From an uncultured Nonlabens sp. (GTDB taxonomy: Bacteria; Bacteroidota; Bacteroidia; Flavobacteriales; Flavobacteriaceae): 64,000 nucleotides of DNA. The notes beneath the pieces were generated by a model. It had not been told where the DNA came from. It made no database searches and worked only from the letters and a program-made list of their open reading frames with translations. Within the stretch, counting starts at the first letter, position 1; every line of letters begins with the position of its first letter. The position numbers and the translations under genes were made by a program. Positions 1 through 9,974 of this stretch are shown in pieces. Where the stretch lies: assembly GCF_947495285.1 (NCBI RefSeq), contig NZ_CANLXZ010000013.1:29741-93740 (forward strand), in the 5' to 3' direction.

Positions 1-174
1 GCTACGGGCCGTATTACATTTAAATGTAATGATGGACTTGGGATTAAAGAGGCGATAGAGAAAACGGTCGCAACTGGAGAAGGACAGACGGTATGGATGA
101 CCTCTCAAGGTGTAAATGAAGACGGTGTACAGGTGAGTGAATTCCAATTTGAGTGGACGGTTAAGAAGAAATAG
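1..174 (+). CDS. 3' end of a DUF4442 / thioesterase-like (hot-dog fold) protein, truncated by the window edge
   Basis: Frame 1 reads ATGRITFKCNDG...GEGQTVWMTSQGVNEDGVQVSEFQFEWTVKKK* with the stop at 172-174. It resembles Flavobacteriaceae DUF4442 C-termini (from memory) and is not in the ORF track. Confidence 0.65.
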   Translation, partial: ATGRITFKCNDGLGIKEAIEKTVATGEGQTVWMTSQGVNEDGVQVSEFQFEWTVKKK

Positions 175-388
175 TTTATAGTCTCAGTGAGCAGTAGACA
201 GGTTGATTTGTGCGCTGTCTCATGTAGTTTATTCACTCTGACCATCCCAGAAAATTTGGCTTGAGCCTAGTTGATTTAAAGAAATAGTCAGTTCCAAATT
301 TATCTGGGATCTGCTGGAAATTTCTCGGAGTTAGTAAAGTTTTCATACTTATACCTACCTTAATGGTTCTATTCTCTATTTTTACTTC

Positions 389-1432
389 ATGAAAGCACAT
401 TTCCAGAAATACGTTTTAGAATTTAAGCAACCAGCAGGAACATCTCGTGGTATTTTAAAAACCAAAAACACTTGGTTTCTTATCATTGATAATGGTAATA
501 AACAAGGTGTAGGAGAGGTGAATATGTTTGCTGGTCTTTCTATAGACGACAGACCAGAATTTAAAAAGCAACTGCAATGGACTTGTGATCATATTAATTT
601 ATCACCGGTAGAGATGATGGAGGCATTAAAAAAATGGCCTTCTATTTTATTCGGTTATGAAACGGCGATGAGGTCCTTGCAATCTAGCGATCCTTTTACA
701 TTGTTTCCAACTATGTTTACAGAAGGGCAAGATGCGATTTCTATTAACGGACTCGTATGGATGGGAAATCAGGATTTTATGATGCAACAGCTAGAAGAAA
801 AACTAGCTGCAGGTTTTGACTGTATTAAAATGAAGATAGGCGCTATCGATTTTGAGTCAGAAATGAGTCTATTGAAATTGATTCGTTCTCGCTTTCGCGA
901 AAGCGAGATCACCATAAGAGTTGATGCAAATGGAGCTTTTACACCTCAAAATGCATTGGGTAAACTAGAAGAAATTGCAAAGTACGATGTACACAGTATA
1001 GAGCAACCTATTAAACAAGGTCAATGGGATGATATGGCACGGCTGTGTGAACAGACGCCGCTAGATATTGCTCTAGATGAAGAATTAATAGGTCTTTATA
1101 GTATAGAAGAAAAGATAGCCTGTCTAGATGTTATTAAACCGCAATATATTATCTTGAAACCTGCTCTGGTAGGTGGTTTTCAAAGTAGTAGAGAATGGAT
1201 AAATCTCGCTACCGAAAGAAATATAGACTGGTGGATCACAAGCGCACTTGAGTCTAATATAGGTCTTAATGCAATTGCACAATTCACGTACACGCTAGGT
1301 AATAAAATGCCACAAGGTCTAGGTACAGGGTCGCTTTATACTAATAATATAAAGGCACCACTAGAGATTAAAGAGGGACAGTTGTGGTGTAACACATCGG
1401 GCAATTGGGATACTAATAAAATAAAGTTTTAA
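389..1432 (+). CDS. menC: o-succinylbenzoate synthase (enolase superfamily)
   Basis: KMKIG, RVDANG, IEQP and LDEEL enolase-superfamily motifs; close to menE. Confidence 0.9.
   Translation: MKAHFQKYVLEFKQPAGTSRGILKTKNTWFLIIDNGNKQGVGEVNMFAGLSIDDRPEFKKQLQWTCDHINLSPVEMMEALKKWPSILFGYETAMRSLQSSDPFTLFPTMFTEGQDAISINGLVWMGNQDFMMQQLEEKLAAGFDCIKMKIGAIDFESEMSLLKLIRSRFRESEITIRVDANGAFTPQNALGKLEEIAKYDVHSIEQPIKQGQWDDMARLCEQTPLDIALDEELIGLYSIEEKIACLDVIKPQYIILKPALVGGFQSSREWINLATERNIDWWITSALESNIGLNAIAQFTYTLGNKMPQGLGTGSLYTNNIKAPLEIKEGQLWCNTSGNWDTNKIKF
890..905. repeat. 16-bp palindrome CGCTTTCGCGAAAGCG, exact, inside menC (encodes RFRES)
   Basis: Read directly; the stem extends to TCTCGCTTTCGCGAAAGCGAGA (887-908). 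Confidence 0.97.
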
Positions 1433-1435
1433 AAT

Positions 1436-2410
1436 ATGTTTATTAAAAGAGGTGCAAACGGTTTTCATGATACGTGGAAGTGGCTGATAGGTGCCGTGGT
1501 AATATTTTTGGGTTGTCAGTTTTTTGGTGCTATGCCATTCACTATTGCTGTAATTTATGAACAATTTACGCTTCATGGGGTAGATGCATTAAATAATCTA
1601 GATGAGTCTACATTAATGAATACCTTTTCAAAAAATGTTACTTTCTTTTTATTGATGTTCAGTTTTGTGGTAGGTACGCTAGTGTGGTGGTTGTGGATTA
1701 AATATATTCATAAGTTAACCTGGACAGCATCTACTACTTCACGAGATAAATTTGATTGGAATAGAGCTTTTTTTGCTTTTAGTATAGTAGGGCTTGTGTC
1801 TATAGCAAGTACTTTAATAGGGTACTACAGCAATCCTGAGGTTTATATATGGAATTATAACGCGAGTAACTTTGCTATTCTTGCAGTCATTGCTATTGCT
1901 TTAGTTCCTATACAAACTACATGGGAAGAGCTTTTTTTTAGAAGTTATGCTATGCAGGGATTGGGAATTATATCTGGTAATCGGGCAGTTCCTTATATTC
2001 TTACATCAGTCGTTTTTGGAATGATGCATATTTTTAATCCAGAAATTGCTACTATGGGGTATATCGTTATGATTTGGTACGTAGGTACTGGTTTTCTACT
2101 AGGTACTTTCACCTTAATGGACGAAGGTACTGAGCTAGCAATAGGTTTTCATGCAGCAAATAATTTATTTATAGCTTTATTAGTTACTGCAGACTGGACA
2201 GCGTTTCAAACAGATTCTTTATTGATAGATACATCAGACCCAACAGCTACCTGGGAAACCTTTATACCTTTATTTATTTATTATCCTGCCTTAATATTAC
2301 TGTTTGCTAAGAAATATAAATGGAACAATTGGAAAAATAAATTGTTCGGAAAAATAGATGTACCAGCTTTAAAAACTAATTATGATACCAAAGATCCATC
2401 CCACATTTAA
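1436..2410 (+). CDS. CPBP (CAAX protease-like) intramembrane glutamic endopeptidase
   Basis: Multi-TM protein with EELFFRSY, FGMMH and GFHAANN motifs. Confidence 0.88.
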   Translation: MFIKRGANGFHDTWKWLIGAVVIFLGCQFFGAMPFTIAVIYEQFTLHGVDALNNLDESTLMNTFSKNVTFFLLMFSFVVGTLVWWLWIKYIHKLTWTASTTSRDKFDWNRAFFAFSIVGLVSIASTLIGYYSNPEVYIWNYNASNFAILAVIAIALVPIQTTWEELFFRSYAMQGLGIISGNRAVPYILTSVVFGMMHIFNPEIATMGYIVMIWYVGTGFLLGTFTLMDEGTELAIGFHAANNLFIALLVTADWTAFQTDSLLIDTSDPTATWETFIPLFIYYPALILLFAKKYKWNNWKNKLFGKIDVPALKTNYDTKDPSHI

Positions 2411-3437
2411 GTTAAATAGTCACTCTCTAGATCATGAAGGCGTCATGACCGTTGCATATAGTTATGTAAAAGAAGGTGAAGAATGGGAAAAACAAGTAGG
2501 AGAATTTTTACTAAGCTGGCTAGACAACTTTGATGTAGTCACGGTTAAGACTAGTGGTTCTACTGGTGTCCCTAAAGAGTATAAACTAGATAAGCAGCAT
2601 ATGCTTAATAGTGCTGTAATGACAGGTAATCGCTTTGATATAGGAGCAGAGAGAGATGTACTTTGCTGCTTGTCTCTAAGTTATATAGCTGGAAAAATGA
2701 TGCTGGTGCGTGCCATGACATTAGGCTGGCACATAGACCTAGTTAAGCCTAGTACCACGCCTTTAAAGAAAGTAGAAAAGCGATATGACTTTACAGCCAT
2801 GTCGCCGTTGCAACTTTCTAAATCTCTAGACCATATACATAAAGTGCGTAAAGTGATCATAGGTGGTGGTGCTGTTTCTCAAGGTTTAATCGATCAGTTA
2901 AATGGAAAACACACGCAAGTATTTCATACCTATGGCATGACAGAAACAGCCTCGCATATAGCGGTAAGACAATTGTATCCTACGTATGAGGAGAATTACT
3001 CTGTTGTTGAAAATGTAACGATTGATAAAGATAAGGAAGGTAAACTAGTTGTTCATGCACCAGATTTTGCTAGGACATCTTTAATAACAAATGATCTAGT
3101 AGACTTAGTAAATAAGAATGAGTTTAAAATACTAGGCAGGGTAGATGATGTAATTAATACAGGCTCTGTAAAAGTGCATCCATCACAAGTAGAACAGAAG
3201 TTATCCATACATATTCTAGAACCTTTCTTTTTATCTGCTAGGGAAGATGAAGAATTAGGCCAAAAGGTTATTCTTGTAATTCAAGGTGAACAAAGAGATC
3301 TAAAATCAGCTTTTAAAAAGTTAGACAAATTTGAAGTGCCTAAGGAAATTTATTTTTTAAAAGAGTTTGCTTTAACGCACACAGGTAAGATAGATAAGAG
3401 AGTAGTTTTAGAAAAATTATTTTCAGATAATAGATAA
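2382..3437 (+). CDS. menE: AMP-binding enzyme, probable o-succinylbenzoate-CoA ligase
   Basis: TSGSTGVPK, YGMTET and GRVDDVINTG adenylation motifs; men context. Confidence 0.8.
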   Translation: MIPKIHPTFKLNSHSLDHEGVMTVAYSYVKEGEEWEKQVGEFLLSWLDNFDVVTVKTSGSTGVPKEYKLDKQHMLNSAVMTGNRFDIGAERDVLCCLSLSYIAGKMMLVRAMTLGWHIDLVKPSTTPLKKVEKRYDFTAMSPLQLSKSLDHIHKVRKVIIGGGAVSQGLIDQLNGKHTQVFHTYGMTETASHIAVRQLYPTYEENYSVVENVTIDKDKEGKLVVHAPDFARTSLITNDLVDLVNKNEFKILGRVDDVINTGSVKVHPSQVEQKLSIHILEPFFLSAREDEELGQKVILVIQGEQRDLKSAFKKLDKFEVPKEIYFLKEFALTHTGKIDKRVVLEKLFSDNR

Positions 3438-3460
3438 AGACTTCTATGAGTCTTAAAAGT

Positions 3461-3497
3461 AAAAAGCCTTTAATACTAGTTGTATTAAAGGCTTTAT
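3461..3497. terminator. Bidirectional intrinsic terminator between convergent menE and the LMW-PTP gene
   Basis: 14-bp perfect stem AAAGCCTTTAATAC-tagtt-GTATTAAAGGCTTT. Confidence 0.85.
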
Positions 3498-3962
3498 TTA
3501 TTCTCTTGTAGGATCTAATTTTTTGGCAATAACATCTGTAGCTCTATCTAACATACGGTATACATTTTCAAAACCTTGTGTACCGCCGTAATATGGATCT
3601 GGTACATCTAGATTTTCTTCAGGAAAAGCTTCATCTAGTATTTTAATAACCTTTTTCTTTTCTTCTTCTGTAGAAGCAAGTGAGATTACATCATCATAAT
3701 TAGACTGATCCATGACATAGATGTAATTAAATTTCTGAAAGTCCTCTTTTAAGAGTTTACGACTTTTTTGCTTTGATATATCTAGTCCATTTTTCTTTGC
3801 AACAGCAATGGATCTTTTATCAGGCGCCTGTCCTTTATGACCACCGCTAGTACCAGCACTATCTATTTTAAATTTTGTAAAATTTAATTTAGATCTCATC
3901 AAGCCTTCAGCGAGAGGAGATCTACAAATGTTACCTAAACATATCATTAATATGTTAGTCAT
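3498..3962 (-). CDS. Low-molecular-weight protein-tyrosine phosphatase
   Basis: CLGNICRS P-loop and DPYYG motif. Confidence 0.95.
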   Translation of the reverse strand: MTNILMICLGNICRSPLAEGLMRSKLNFTKFKIDSAGTSGGHKGQAPDKRSIAVAKKNGLDISKQKSRKLLKEDFQKFNYIYVMDQSNYDDVISLASTEEEKKKVIKILDEAFPEENLDVPDPYYGGTQGFENVYRMLDRATDVIAKKLDPTRE

Positions 3963-3970
3963 AATAGTTT

Positions 3971-5398
3971 CTAATTAGAAAGTTTTTTATGTAAATCCTC
4001 AACATATTTACCGAACTGCTTATCAGTAGCAGCGAGATTGTCAACAGTTTTACAAGCATGTAAAACTGTGGCATGATCGCGTTTACCTATTTGAGTACCT
4101 ATACTTGCTAGAGATGCTTTGGTAAGTTTTTTAGAAAAATACATCGCTAGTTGTCTCGCTTGTACGATATGGCGTTTACGCGTTTTAGATTGCAGTGTTT
4201 CTACATCCATGGAGAAGTAATCGCTTACTACCTGTTGTATTTGATCTATGGATATTTCACGTTTTGTATTCTTTACATAGTTCTCTACAATCTTGCGTGC
4301 GAGATCTATAGTAATATCTTTACGATTAAAAGAAGAATGTGCAATTAAAGAAATTATTGCTCCTTCTAATTCTCTAATGTTGGTCTTAATATTATCAGCT
4401 AGATAGTGAATTACATCATCATCCATTTCTACACCGTCACGGTATAATTTGTTCTTAATAATAGAAACGCGCGTTTCATAGTCAGGGTGATTTAACTCTG
4501 CACTAAGACCCCATTTAAAACGAGAAAGTAGTCGCTGCTCAATATCCTGCATGTCTACTGGTTTCTTATCACTGGTAAGAATTACTTGTTTACCATTTTG
4601 GTGCAGGTGATTGAATATATGGAAGAAAACATCTTGAGTGCTTGATTTACCTGCAAAGAACTGAATATCATCTACAATAAGAACGTCTACGATTTGATAG
4701 AAGTGAATAAAATCATTTCTATTGTTTTTACGTACAGATTCTATGTATTGTTGTGTAAATTTTTCTGCGCTTATATAAAGTACTGTTTTATCTGGGTAGT
4801 TTTCTTTAATTCCTACACCTATGGCATGTGCGAGATGTGTTTTTCCTAAACCTACACCACCGAAGATTAAAAGAGGATTAAAACTAGTTCCACCGGGCTT
4901 GTTAGAAACAGCCATACCTGCACTGCGGGCCAGTCTATTAGAGTCACCTTCTAAGAAACTTTCAAAGTTATAAGAAGGATTAAGTTGTGACTCAATCTTT
5001 ACATTTCTTATTCCCGGTATTATAAATGGGTTTTTAAGCTCTGGGCTTTTACTTCTAACAGGTGCATCTACAGATTGTGAGTTATTTATAGAGCGGTTGC
5101 TACTAGGTATTTTTTCAGTAAAGGCTTCCATACCTTTTGTAGGATTTTCCATCTTGATCGCGTAGATCAATTTTGCGCCCTCACCTAGTTCACGTGTTAA
5201 AGCAGTTTTTAATAATTTTATATAATGTTCTTCTAGCCATTCATAAAAAAAACGACTAGGTACTTGAATACTTAAGGCAGTATCTGTTAGCTTTACCGGT
5301 TTAATAGGTGCAAACCAAGTTTTATAAGCTTGGGGTGCAATATTATCTTTTATAAAAGCTAGACAATTGTCCCATACCGATTCTGCAGTCAGTGTCAT
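3971..5398 (-). CDS. dnaA: Chromosomal replication initiator DnaA
   Basis: GGVGLGKTHL Walker A, DDIQF Walker B, RLLSRFKWGL, and domain IV RDHATVLHA. Confidence 0.99.
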   Translation of the reverse strand: MTLTAESVWDNCLAFIKDNIAPQAYKTWFAPIKPVKLTDTALSIQVPSRFFYEWLEEHYIKLLKTALTRELGEGAKLIYAIKMENPTKGMEAFTEKIPSSNRSINNSQSVDAPVRSKSPELKNPFIIPGIRNVKIESQLNPSYNFESFLEGDSNRLARSAGMAVSNKPGGTSFNPLLIFGGVGLGKTHLAHAIGVGIKENYPDKTVLYISAEKFTQQYIESVRKNNRNDFIHFYQIVDVLIVDDIQFFAGKSSTQDVFFHIFNHLHQNGKQVILTSDKKPVDMQDIEQRLLSRFKWGLSAELNHPDYETRVSIIKNKLYRDGVEMDDDVIHYLADNIKTNIRELEGAIISLIAHSSFNRKDITIDLARKIVENYVKNTKREISIDQIQQVVSDYFSMDVETLQSKTRKRHIVQARQLAMYFSKKLTKASLASIGTQIGKRDHATVLHACKTVDNLAATDKQFGKYVEDLHKKLSN

Positions 5399-5479
5399 AT
5401 ATTTATTACTTTTTCAAGTTAGAATTGAGTCGATTAAGAACTAAAAATTATAAAGAAATTCTGTTGTTGAAATCGAGTA

Positions 5480-5494
5480 CAAATATGTGTATAA
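5480..5494 (-). promoter_or_regulatory. Probable dnaA -7 promoter element overlapped by a DnaA box
   Basis: On the minus strand, TTATACACA (5486-5494) fits TTWTNCACA and overlaps CATATTTG (5480-5487), one mismatch from the Bacteroidetes TAnnTTTG element. Confidence 0.55.
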
Positions 5495-5591
5495 AAAACC
5501 TTAAAAAAAATTTATTTAATGTTTGATTTTTGAAAAAAAAGTCGCAAGCATATTTCTTTTTTTTAAACCTAATTAATAACTATAAATTATT

Positions 5592-5996
5592 ATGAATACT
5601 ATCACAATTAACATAATGCCCAGGTACTCAGAAACAGATCAGATGGGGATTATACATCATGCTAACTATTTGATATACCTAGAACAAGCAAGGTTAGAAT
5701 GGCTCAGGCAACTGGGTTTTTCTTATGTTGAAATGGAAGAAAGTGGTGTATTGCTGCCAGTATACAGTGTCGATATGAAGTATAAAAATCCGATCAAATT
5801 TGGGGAGGAAATTTCTGTCAAAATCAGACTGAAATCACTGCCGACTACTAGGGTTGTTTTTGAGTATGAAATAGTTAACAACAGTGGTGTTGTTTGTGCG
5901 GTATGTGATCTAACATTAGTTTTTACTGATGCAAAAACTTTTAGGCCTAGAAAACCTATTCCAGAATTCCTTAAAGCTTGTGAACAATTATTCTGA
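5592..5996 (+). CDS. Acyl-CoA thioesterase (YbgC/FadM, 4HBT family)
   Basis: RYSETDQMGIIHHANY motif. Confidence 0.92.
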   Translation: MNTITINIMPRYSETDQMGIIHHANYLIYLEQARLEWLRQLGFSYVEMEESGVLLPVYSVDMKYKNPIKFGEEISVKIRLKSLPTTRVVFEYEIVNNSGVVCAVCDLTLVFTDAKTFRPRKPIPEFLKACEQLF

Positions 5997-6087
5997 TTTT
6001 ATAGGTTCTTAACAATTATGGCAATTTGATAAAGTTATAAATCTTGTTTGTTTTAAAAAAAATAAAGCATTTTAAGTAAGGGAATAC

Positions 6088-6693
6088 TTATTCCACTGCT
6101 TTTGCTTTAATAGGATACATCTTATTAAGTTGCGCCGTGACTTGTTCTCGTTTTGAGGCAGGTACTTCTATTTGTATAATACAGCTAGCGGTTAGTTCTT
6201 GTTTTGCTATTCTATAGTTGTTCTCGTCTATAAATCGCATGACTTGACTCATTTGTGGGTATTCAAATTTGATCTCAATAGATGCGGTGATAGTGCGTGT
6301 TTTAATTTGTGCTGTTTCTAGACTTATTTTTGCAGCCTCACGATAAGCGCTTATTAAACCGCCTACACCTAGTTTTGTACCGCCAAATATTCTAGAAACA
6401 ACCACCAGTACATCGCTCAATTCATAAGAGTTGATCTGTCCAAGTATAGGGTCACCAGCGCTGTGGCTGGGTTCTCCATCATCATTTGCTCTATAGTTAT
6501 TATCGTCTGCGCCCAGTTTCCATGCATAGCAATGGTGTCCCGCTTTAGGATGTCTATTGCGCAATGGAGCTATTAAATCATTCACCTCTGTATCACTAGT
6601 AATAGGGAATGAATAGCCGTAAAATTTACTGCCTCTGTCCTTATATAAGATCTCTGGGGTAGGTATTGTTATTGTTTTGTAGGAATCTGCCAA
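6088..6693 (-). CDS. YigZ / IMPACT family protein
   Basis: HHCYAW, DDGEPSHSAG and RIFGGTKLGVGGL motifs; TTG start. Confidence 0.92.
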   Translation of the reverse strand: MADSYKTITIPTPEILYKDRGSKFYGYSFPITSDTEVNDLIAPLRNRHPKAGHHCYAWKLGADDNNYRANDDGEPSHSAGDPILGQINSYELSDVLVVVSRIFGGTKLGVGGLISAYREAAKISLETAQIKTRTITASIEIKFEYPQMSQVMRFIDENNYRIAKQELTASCIIQIEVPASKREQVTAQLNKMYPIKAKAVE

Positions 6694-6779
6694 TTATAAT
6701 ATTATGTTAAAGCAATCTTAAGAACTTGTGAAAGCGATTAGTTAGAATATTTTAGCAAAATAACTATTAAACTTAACCA

Positions 6780-7346
6780 ATGAAAAAGATCTTAGCCTTA
6801 TTATTTTTATCAGTCGCAATAATTAGTTGTGAGACAGAACCTTTAGACCCTAGCTTAAATTCTGGTGCTACAGGCGGTGATGGTAGCGGTAGTGGTTCTG
6901 GTAGTGTAGATACTACTTTGATAGTGGGCTCTTGGGATTATGCAGACACAGAAACAGAGTCGACAACAACATCTGTTGTGATGGGTAATACGGTATCTCT
7001 TACTGTAGTTATTGAGTTCGTGAGTTCTGATGCAGTTTTAGTTTTTAATACAGATGGAACTTATACGGTTAATGGTGATTTAACTGTAGAGACTTTTCTT
7101 GCAGGAGCTTCTCAAGGACAAATTACTAATACTCTAGTTCAGTCTGGCGGCTATACCATTAATGGTTCAGATATCACTTTTACAGCTGATGGACCTGCAA
7201 CAGTTTTTGACACAAATGCGGTTTATACCATCGCAGAATTAACTGCTACAGATTTAGAAATTACTTTGGCCTCAGATGTGACACAAGTAGTAAATGGTGT
7301 TAGTCAGCGCACGGTGGTAGAAGATTTTTTTTCTTTTACTAGATAA
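6780..7346 (+). CDS. Lipoprotein with a Gly/Ser linker and a lipocalin-like beta domain
   Basis: Signal peptide with lipobox IISC, GATGGDGSGSGSGS linker, IVGSW motif and beta-rich sequence. Confidence 0.6.
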   Translation: MKKILALLFLSVAIISCETEPLDPSLNSGATGGDGSGSGSGSVDTTLIVGSWDYADTETESTTTSVVMGNTVSLTVVIEFVSSDAVLVFNTDGTYTVNGDLTVETFLAGASQGQITNTLVQSGGYTINGSDITFTADGPATVFDTNAVYTIAELTATDLEITLASDVTQVVNGVSQRTVVEDFFSFTR

Positions 7347-7368
7347 AGCACATCCCTATAAATAAATC

Positions 7369-7398
7369 AAAGCCTTTCTTTATAGAGAGGTTTTTTTT
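7369..7398. terminator. Intrinsic terminator between convergent genes
   Basis: AAAGCCTTTCT-ttat-AGAGAGG followed by T8. Confidence 0.75.
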
Positions 7399-7401
7399 GT
7401 G

Positions 7402-8268
7402 TTACGCTTTCGCGAAAGCGATCATAAGAATAGCAACTATAGCTACTGTAATACCTATGTAATTCTTTGGAATTAGTTTTTCTTTGAATATAAGAATGCC
7501 CAGAATAGAAGCAAAAAGGACCGTAGCTACATTATTAATAGGGTAAACCACGCTGCTTTCCATGCCGTTTTTTAAAGATTTAATTAAAAAGTAAATGGAG
7601 AAATAGTTAGGAATTCCTAGCAGGATACCTGCGATTATAGATTTTAAATTGATAAGGCGTTTTTGTGTCGTCTCGTAAATAAGAATGATAACCCCTATGA
7701 TAAAGGCAGTGGCAAAACACATGGCGCTGAATAGAGATTCTTCTCCTACTGAGACGTGATTAATTTCGGCATATTTAAGTGTGGTGTCTATTATACCGCT
7801 ACCCAAAAATAATAGGACAGGAAGAATAAGTGTTTTTTTATCCAGCTGAAGCCCTTCCTTACTTTTAACTGATGTAAGATAAACAGAAATAAGAGCGAGT
7901 ATTATACCTGCGATTTTCATCCATCCTATAGATTCTTCATAAAGCCATATTCCTGCAATAACAGGAATAACTAGCGACATTTTTCCAGAGACAGCAGCGA
8001 CAGTAAGTCCATTTTTCTGGCTGGCAAGTGCCATGATGTTAAAAATAAAAATAAAAAGCGCGCCTGTAAAAAAGGAGTAGTAGAGCCAGTCTGCTTGTAA
8101 AATACTCTCCACATGAGGTACCTGTCCATAGGATATGAACCCAGTGACGCTAGCAATAATGTAATTAGTAATGATAGCATGTAAGGTGTTTACCTTAAAA
8201 ATTTCAAAGTATTTGAAAATCACATAGAGTAAACTAGATGTGATAACACTTAATAATAACCAGATCAT
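7402..8268 (-). CDS. EamA/DMT family transporter
   Basis: About 10 TM segments in two repeats; 288 aa. Confidence 0.85.
   Translation of the reverse strand: MIWLLLSVITSSLLYVIFKYFEIFKVNTLHAIITNYIIASVTGFISYGQVPHVESILQADWLYYSFFTGALFIFIFNIMALASQKNGLTVAAVSGKMSLVIPVIAGIWLYEESIGWMKIAGIILALISVYLTSVKSKEGLQLDKKTLILPVLLFLGSGIIDTTLKYAEINHVSVGEESLFSAMCFATAFIIGVIILIYETTQKRLINLKSIIAGILLGIPNYFSIYFLIKSLKNGMESSVVYPINNVATVLFASILGILIFKEKLIPKNYIGITVAIVAILMIAFAKA
7405..7420. repeat. 16-bp palindrome, exact, forming the last five codons (AFAKA) of the EamA gene
   Basis: Read directly; abuts the stop codon. Confidence 0.97.
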
Positions 8269-9272
8269 GCGTTAAGATATGTTTTTAAAACATCTTTATT
8301 TAAAGTAACTCTATCCAGGATGGTGTAGTTGCCATTTAATTTGGGCGCTGGTAGTCCATTATAAAATAAAACTTCAGTTCCTATAAACTGCATCGCTTCA
8401 TCCCATAAATTAGACTCGATAAATTGTTCTATGGTACGGGCGCCGCCTTCTATAATTACTGACTGTATGTGGTTGTTGTAGAGTTTTTTAATTATGGTTT
8501 CAGGATTGTTGGAGTCTATAGTGATCGTAGGAGCTGCAGTGTTAAAAACAGCGTTGTTTTTACCTAGATTATTTCTAGAATCTAGGATTATACGTGTAGG
8601 ATTCATGCCTTGCCAGTCCCTGCAAGTTAGTGATGGGTTATCATCTATTACGGTTTTTGCGCCTATAAGAATTGCGTTTTCTCCGGCTCTTAATCGGTGA
8701 GATAATTGTCTAGAATAAGAATTAGTAATCCATACTGGTTTTTGTTCTTCTTTTTGTACGGGCGCTATGAAACCGTCGGCAGTTTGGGCCCATTTTAAAA
8801 TAATATAAGGGCGTTTTTTTCTATGAAAAGTAAAAAAACGTTTGTTGAGAAAATCGCATTCTTTTTCTAGAACGCCCACTGTGACTTCTATACCTTCTTC
8901 TTTTAATATGGCAACACCTTTTCCTGCTACTTTTTCATGTGGATCTAGAGAGCCTATGACTACTTTTTTAAACCCCTTTTTTATGATCATAGAAGCGCAT
9001 GGTGGAGTTTTCCCTGTGTGAGAACAGGGCTCTAGGTTGACGTATAATACCGCTTTTGCAAAAGCGTCTCTACCATAACCATTTTTCTCAGCATCTAGGA
9101 CTGCGTTAACTTCAGCATGCGGTTCACCAGATTTTTTATGCCATCCTTCTCCAAGAATCTCGTCATTTTCAGAAACGATCACACTTCCCACTAGCGGATT
9201 AGGATACGTGGTTCCTAATCCATTTTGTGCTAGTTGTATGCAACGTTTTATGTATTTCTCATTTGTAGTCAT
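8265..9272 (-). CDS. ribD: Riboflavin biosynthesis deaminase/reductase
   Basis: HAEVNA, LEPCSHTGKTPPC zinc motifs and IIEGG. Start moved from the track GTG (9278) to ATG 9272 because 9278 lies within the -7 element TACTTTTG (9278-9285). Confidence 0.95.
   Translation of the reverse strand: MTTNEKYIKRCIQLAQNGLGTTYPNPLVGSVIVSENDEILGEGWHKKSGEPHAEVNAVLDAEKNGYGRDAFAKAVLYVNLEPCSHTGKTPPCASMIIKKGFKKVVIGSLDPHEKVAGKGVAILKEEGIEVTVGVLEKECDFLNKRFFTFHRKKRPYIILKWAQTADGFIAPVQKEEQKPVWITNSYSRQLSHRLRAGENAILIGAKTVIDDNPSLTCRDWQGMNPTRIILDSRNNLGKNNAVFNTAAPTITIDSNNPETIIKKLYNNHIQSVIIEGGARTIEQFIESNLWDEAMQFIGTEVLFYNGLPAPKLNGNYTILDRVTLNKDVLKTYLNA
9051..9066. repeat. Palindrome variant CGCTTTTGCAAAAGCG inside ribD (still AFAKA, still palindromic)
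   Basis: Two symmetric substitutions relative to the consensus; both are synonymous in the ribD frame. Confidence 0.75.
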
Positions 9273-9427
9273 TAACACAAAAGTAAGGCTGAATTAAAAT
9301 CAAAAAGAGAAATCCTTTTAAAATTAGAACATATTATACCGAATTGTGTTTTGAGAAGTAGATGAATAGTCTCTAATATATTCCTAACTCTAGATAATAA
9401 TTGGAAAGGTAACTTTAAATTCGCATT

Positions 9428-9904
9428 ATGAGAATACGCAAAATACTACCAGAAGATAATCAGGCTATAAAAGACATTATCCAGGAGTCTATCCTAGAAC
9501 ATGGAGCGCCTAAAGTGGGAACTGCCTACAGTGATGCCGCAACACAAGCTATGTATGAGCAGTACCAGCAACCACGTAGTGCGTATTATGTGTTAGAGAT
9601 AGACGGTGTTGTTTTAGGTGGTGCTGGTGTTGCTCCTTTAAATAACTACAAAGGAAATGTGTGTGAGTTGCAAAAAATGTATTTTAAACCAGAAGCGCGT
9701 GGAAAAGGTTATGGTAAAAAAATGATGATGACCTGTCTAGAGTATGCAGCTAATTTAAAATTTGAAAGTATTTATCTAGAGACTATGGATAATATGCATA
9801 AGGCACAAGGTCTATATAAGCACGTAGGATTTGAGTTATTAAAGGCACCACTGGGCGATACCGGGCATTTTTCATGTCCAGTACAGATGTTGAAGAGGTT
9901 TTAG
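9428..9904 (+). CDS. GNAT family N-acetyltransferase (YjgM-like)
   Basis: ELQKMYF..EARGKGYGK acetyl-CoA-binding motif. Confidence 0.88.
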   Translation: MRIRKILPEDNQAIKDIIQESILEHGAPKVGTAYSDAATQAMYEQYQQPRSAYYVLEIDGVVLGGAGVAPLNNYKGNVCELQKMYFKPEARGKGYGKKMMMTCLEYAANLKFESIYLETMDNMHKAQGLYKHVGFELLKAPLGDTGHFSCPVQMLKRF

Positions 9905-9974
9905 TTGATTTATATTTCTAATAGTTTTAACCCTTATATATCTATAATTTGAGTTCAATTTTAATGGAAAAGAA

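Noticed and set aside
4464-4477. 14-bp palindrome GAAACGCGCGTTTC in dnaA, midway in a 6.5-kb lattice gap
   Set aside because: The arms are in the opposite order to the motif, it is single-copy, and it encodes a normal YETRVS segment.
5399-5591. oriC next to dnaA
   Set aside because: Only one DnaA box is seen, with no box cluster or repeated unwinding element, so oriC cannot be supported.
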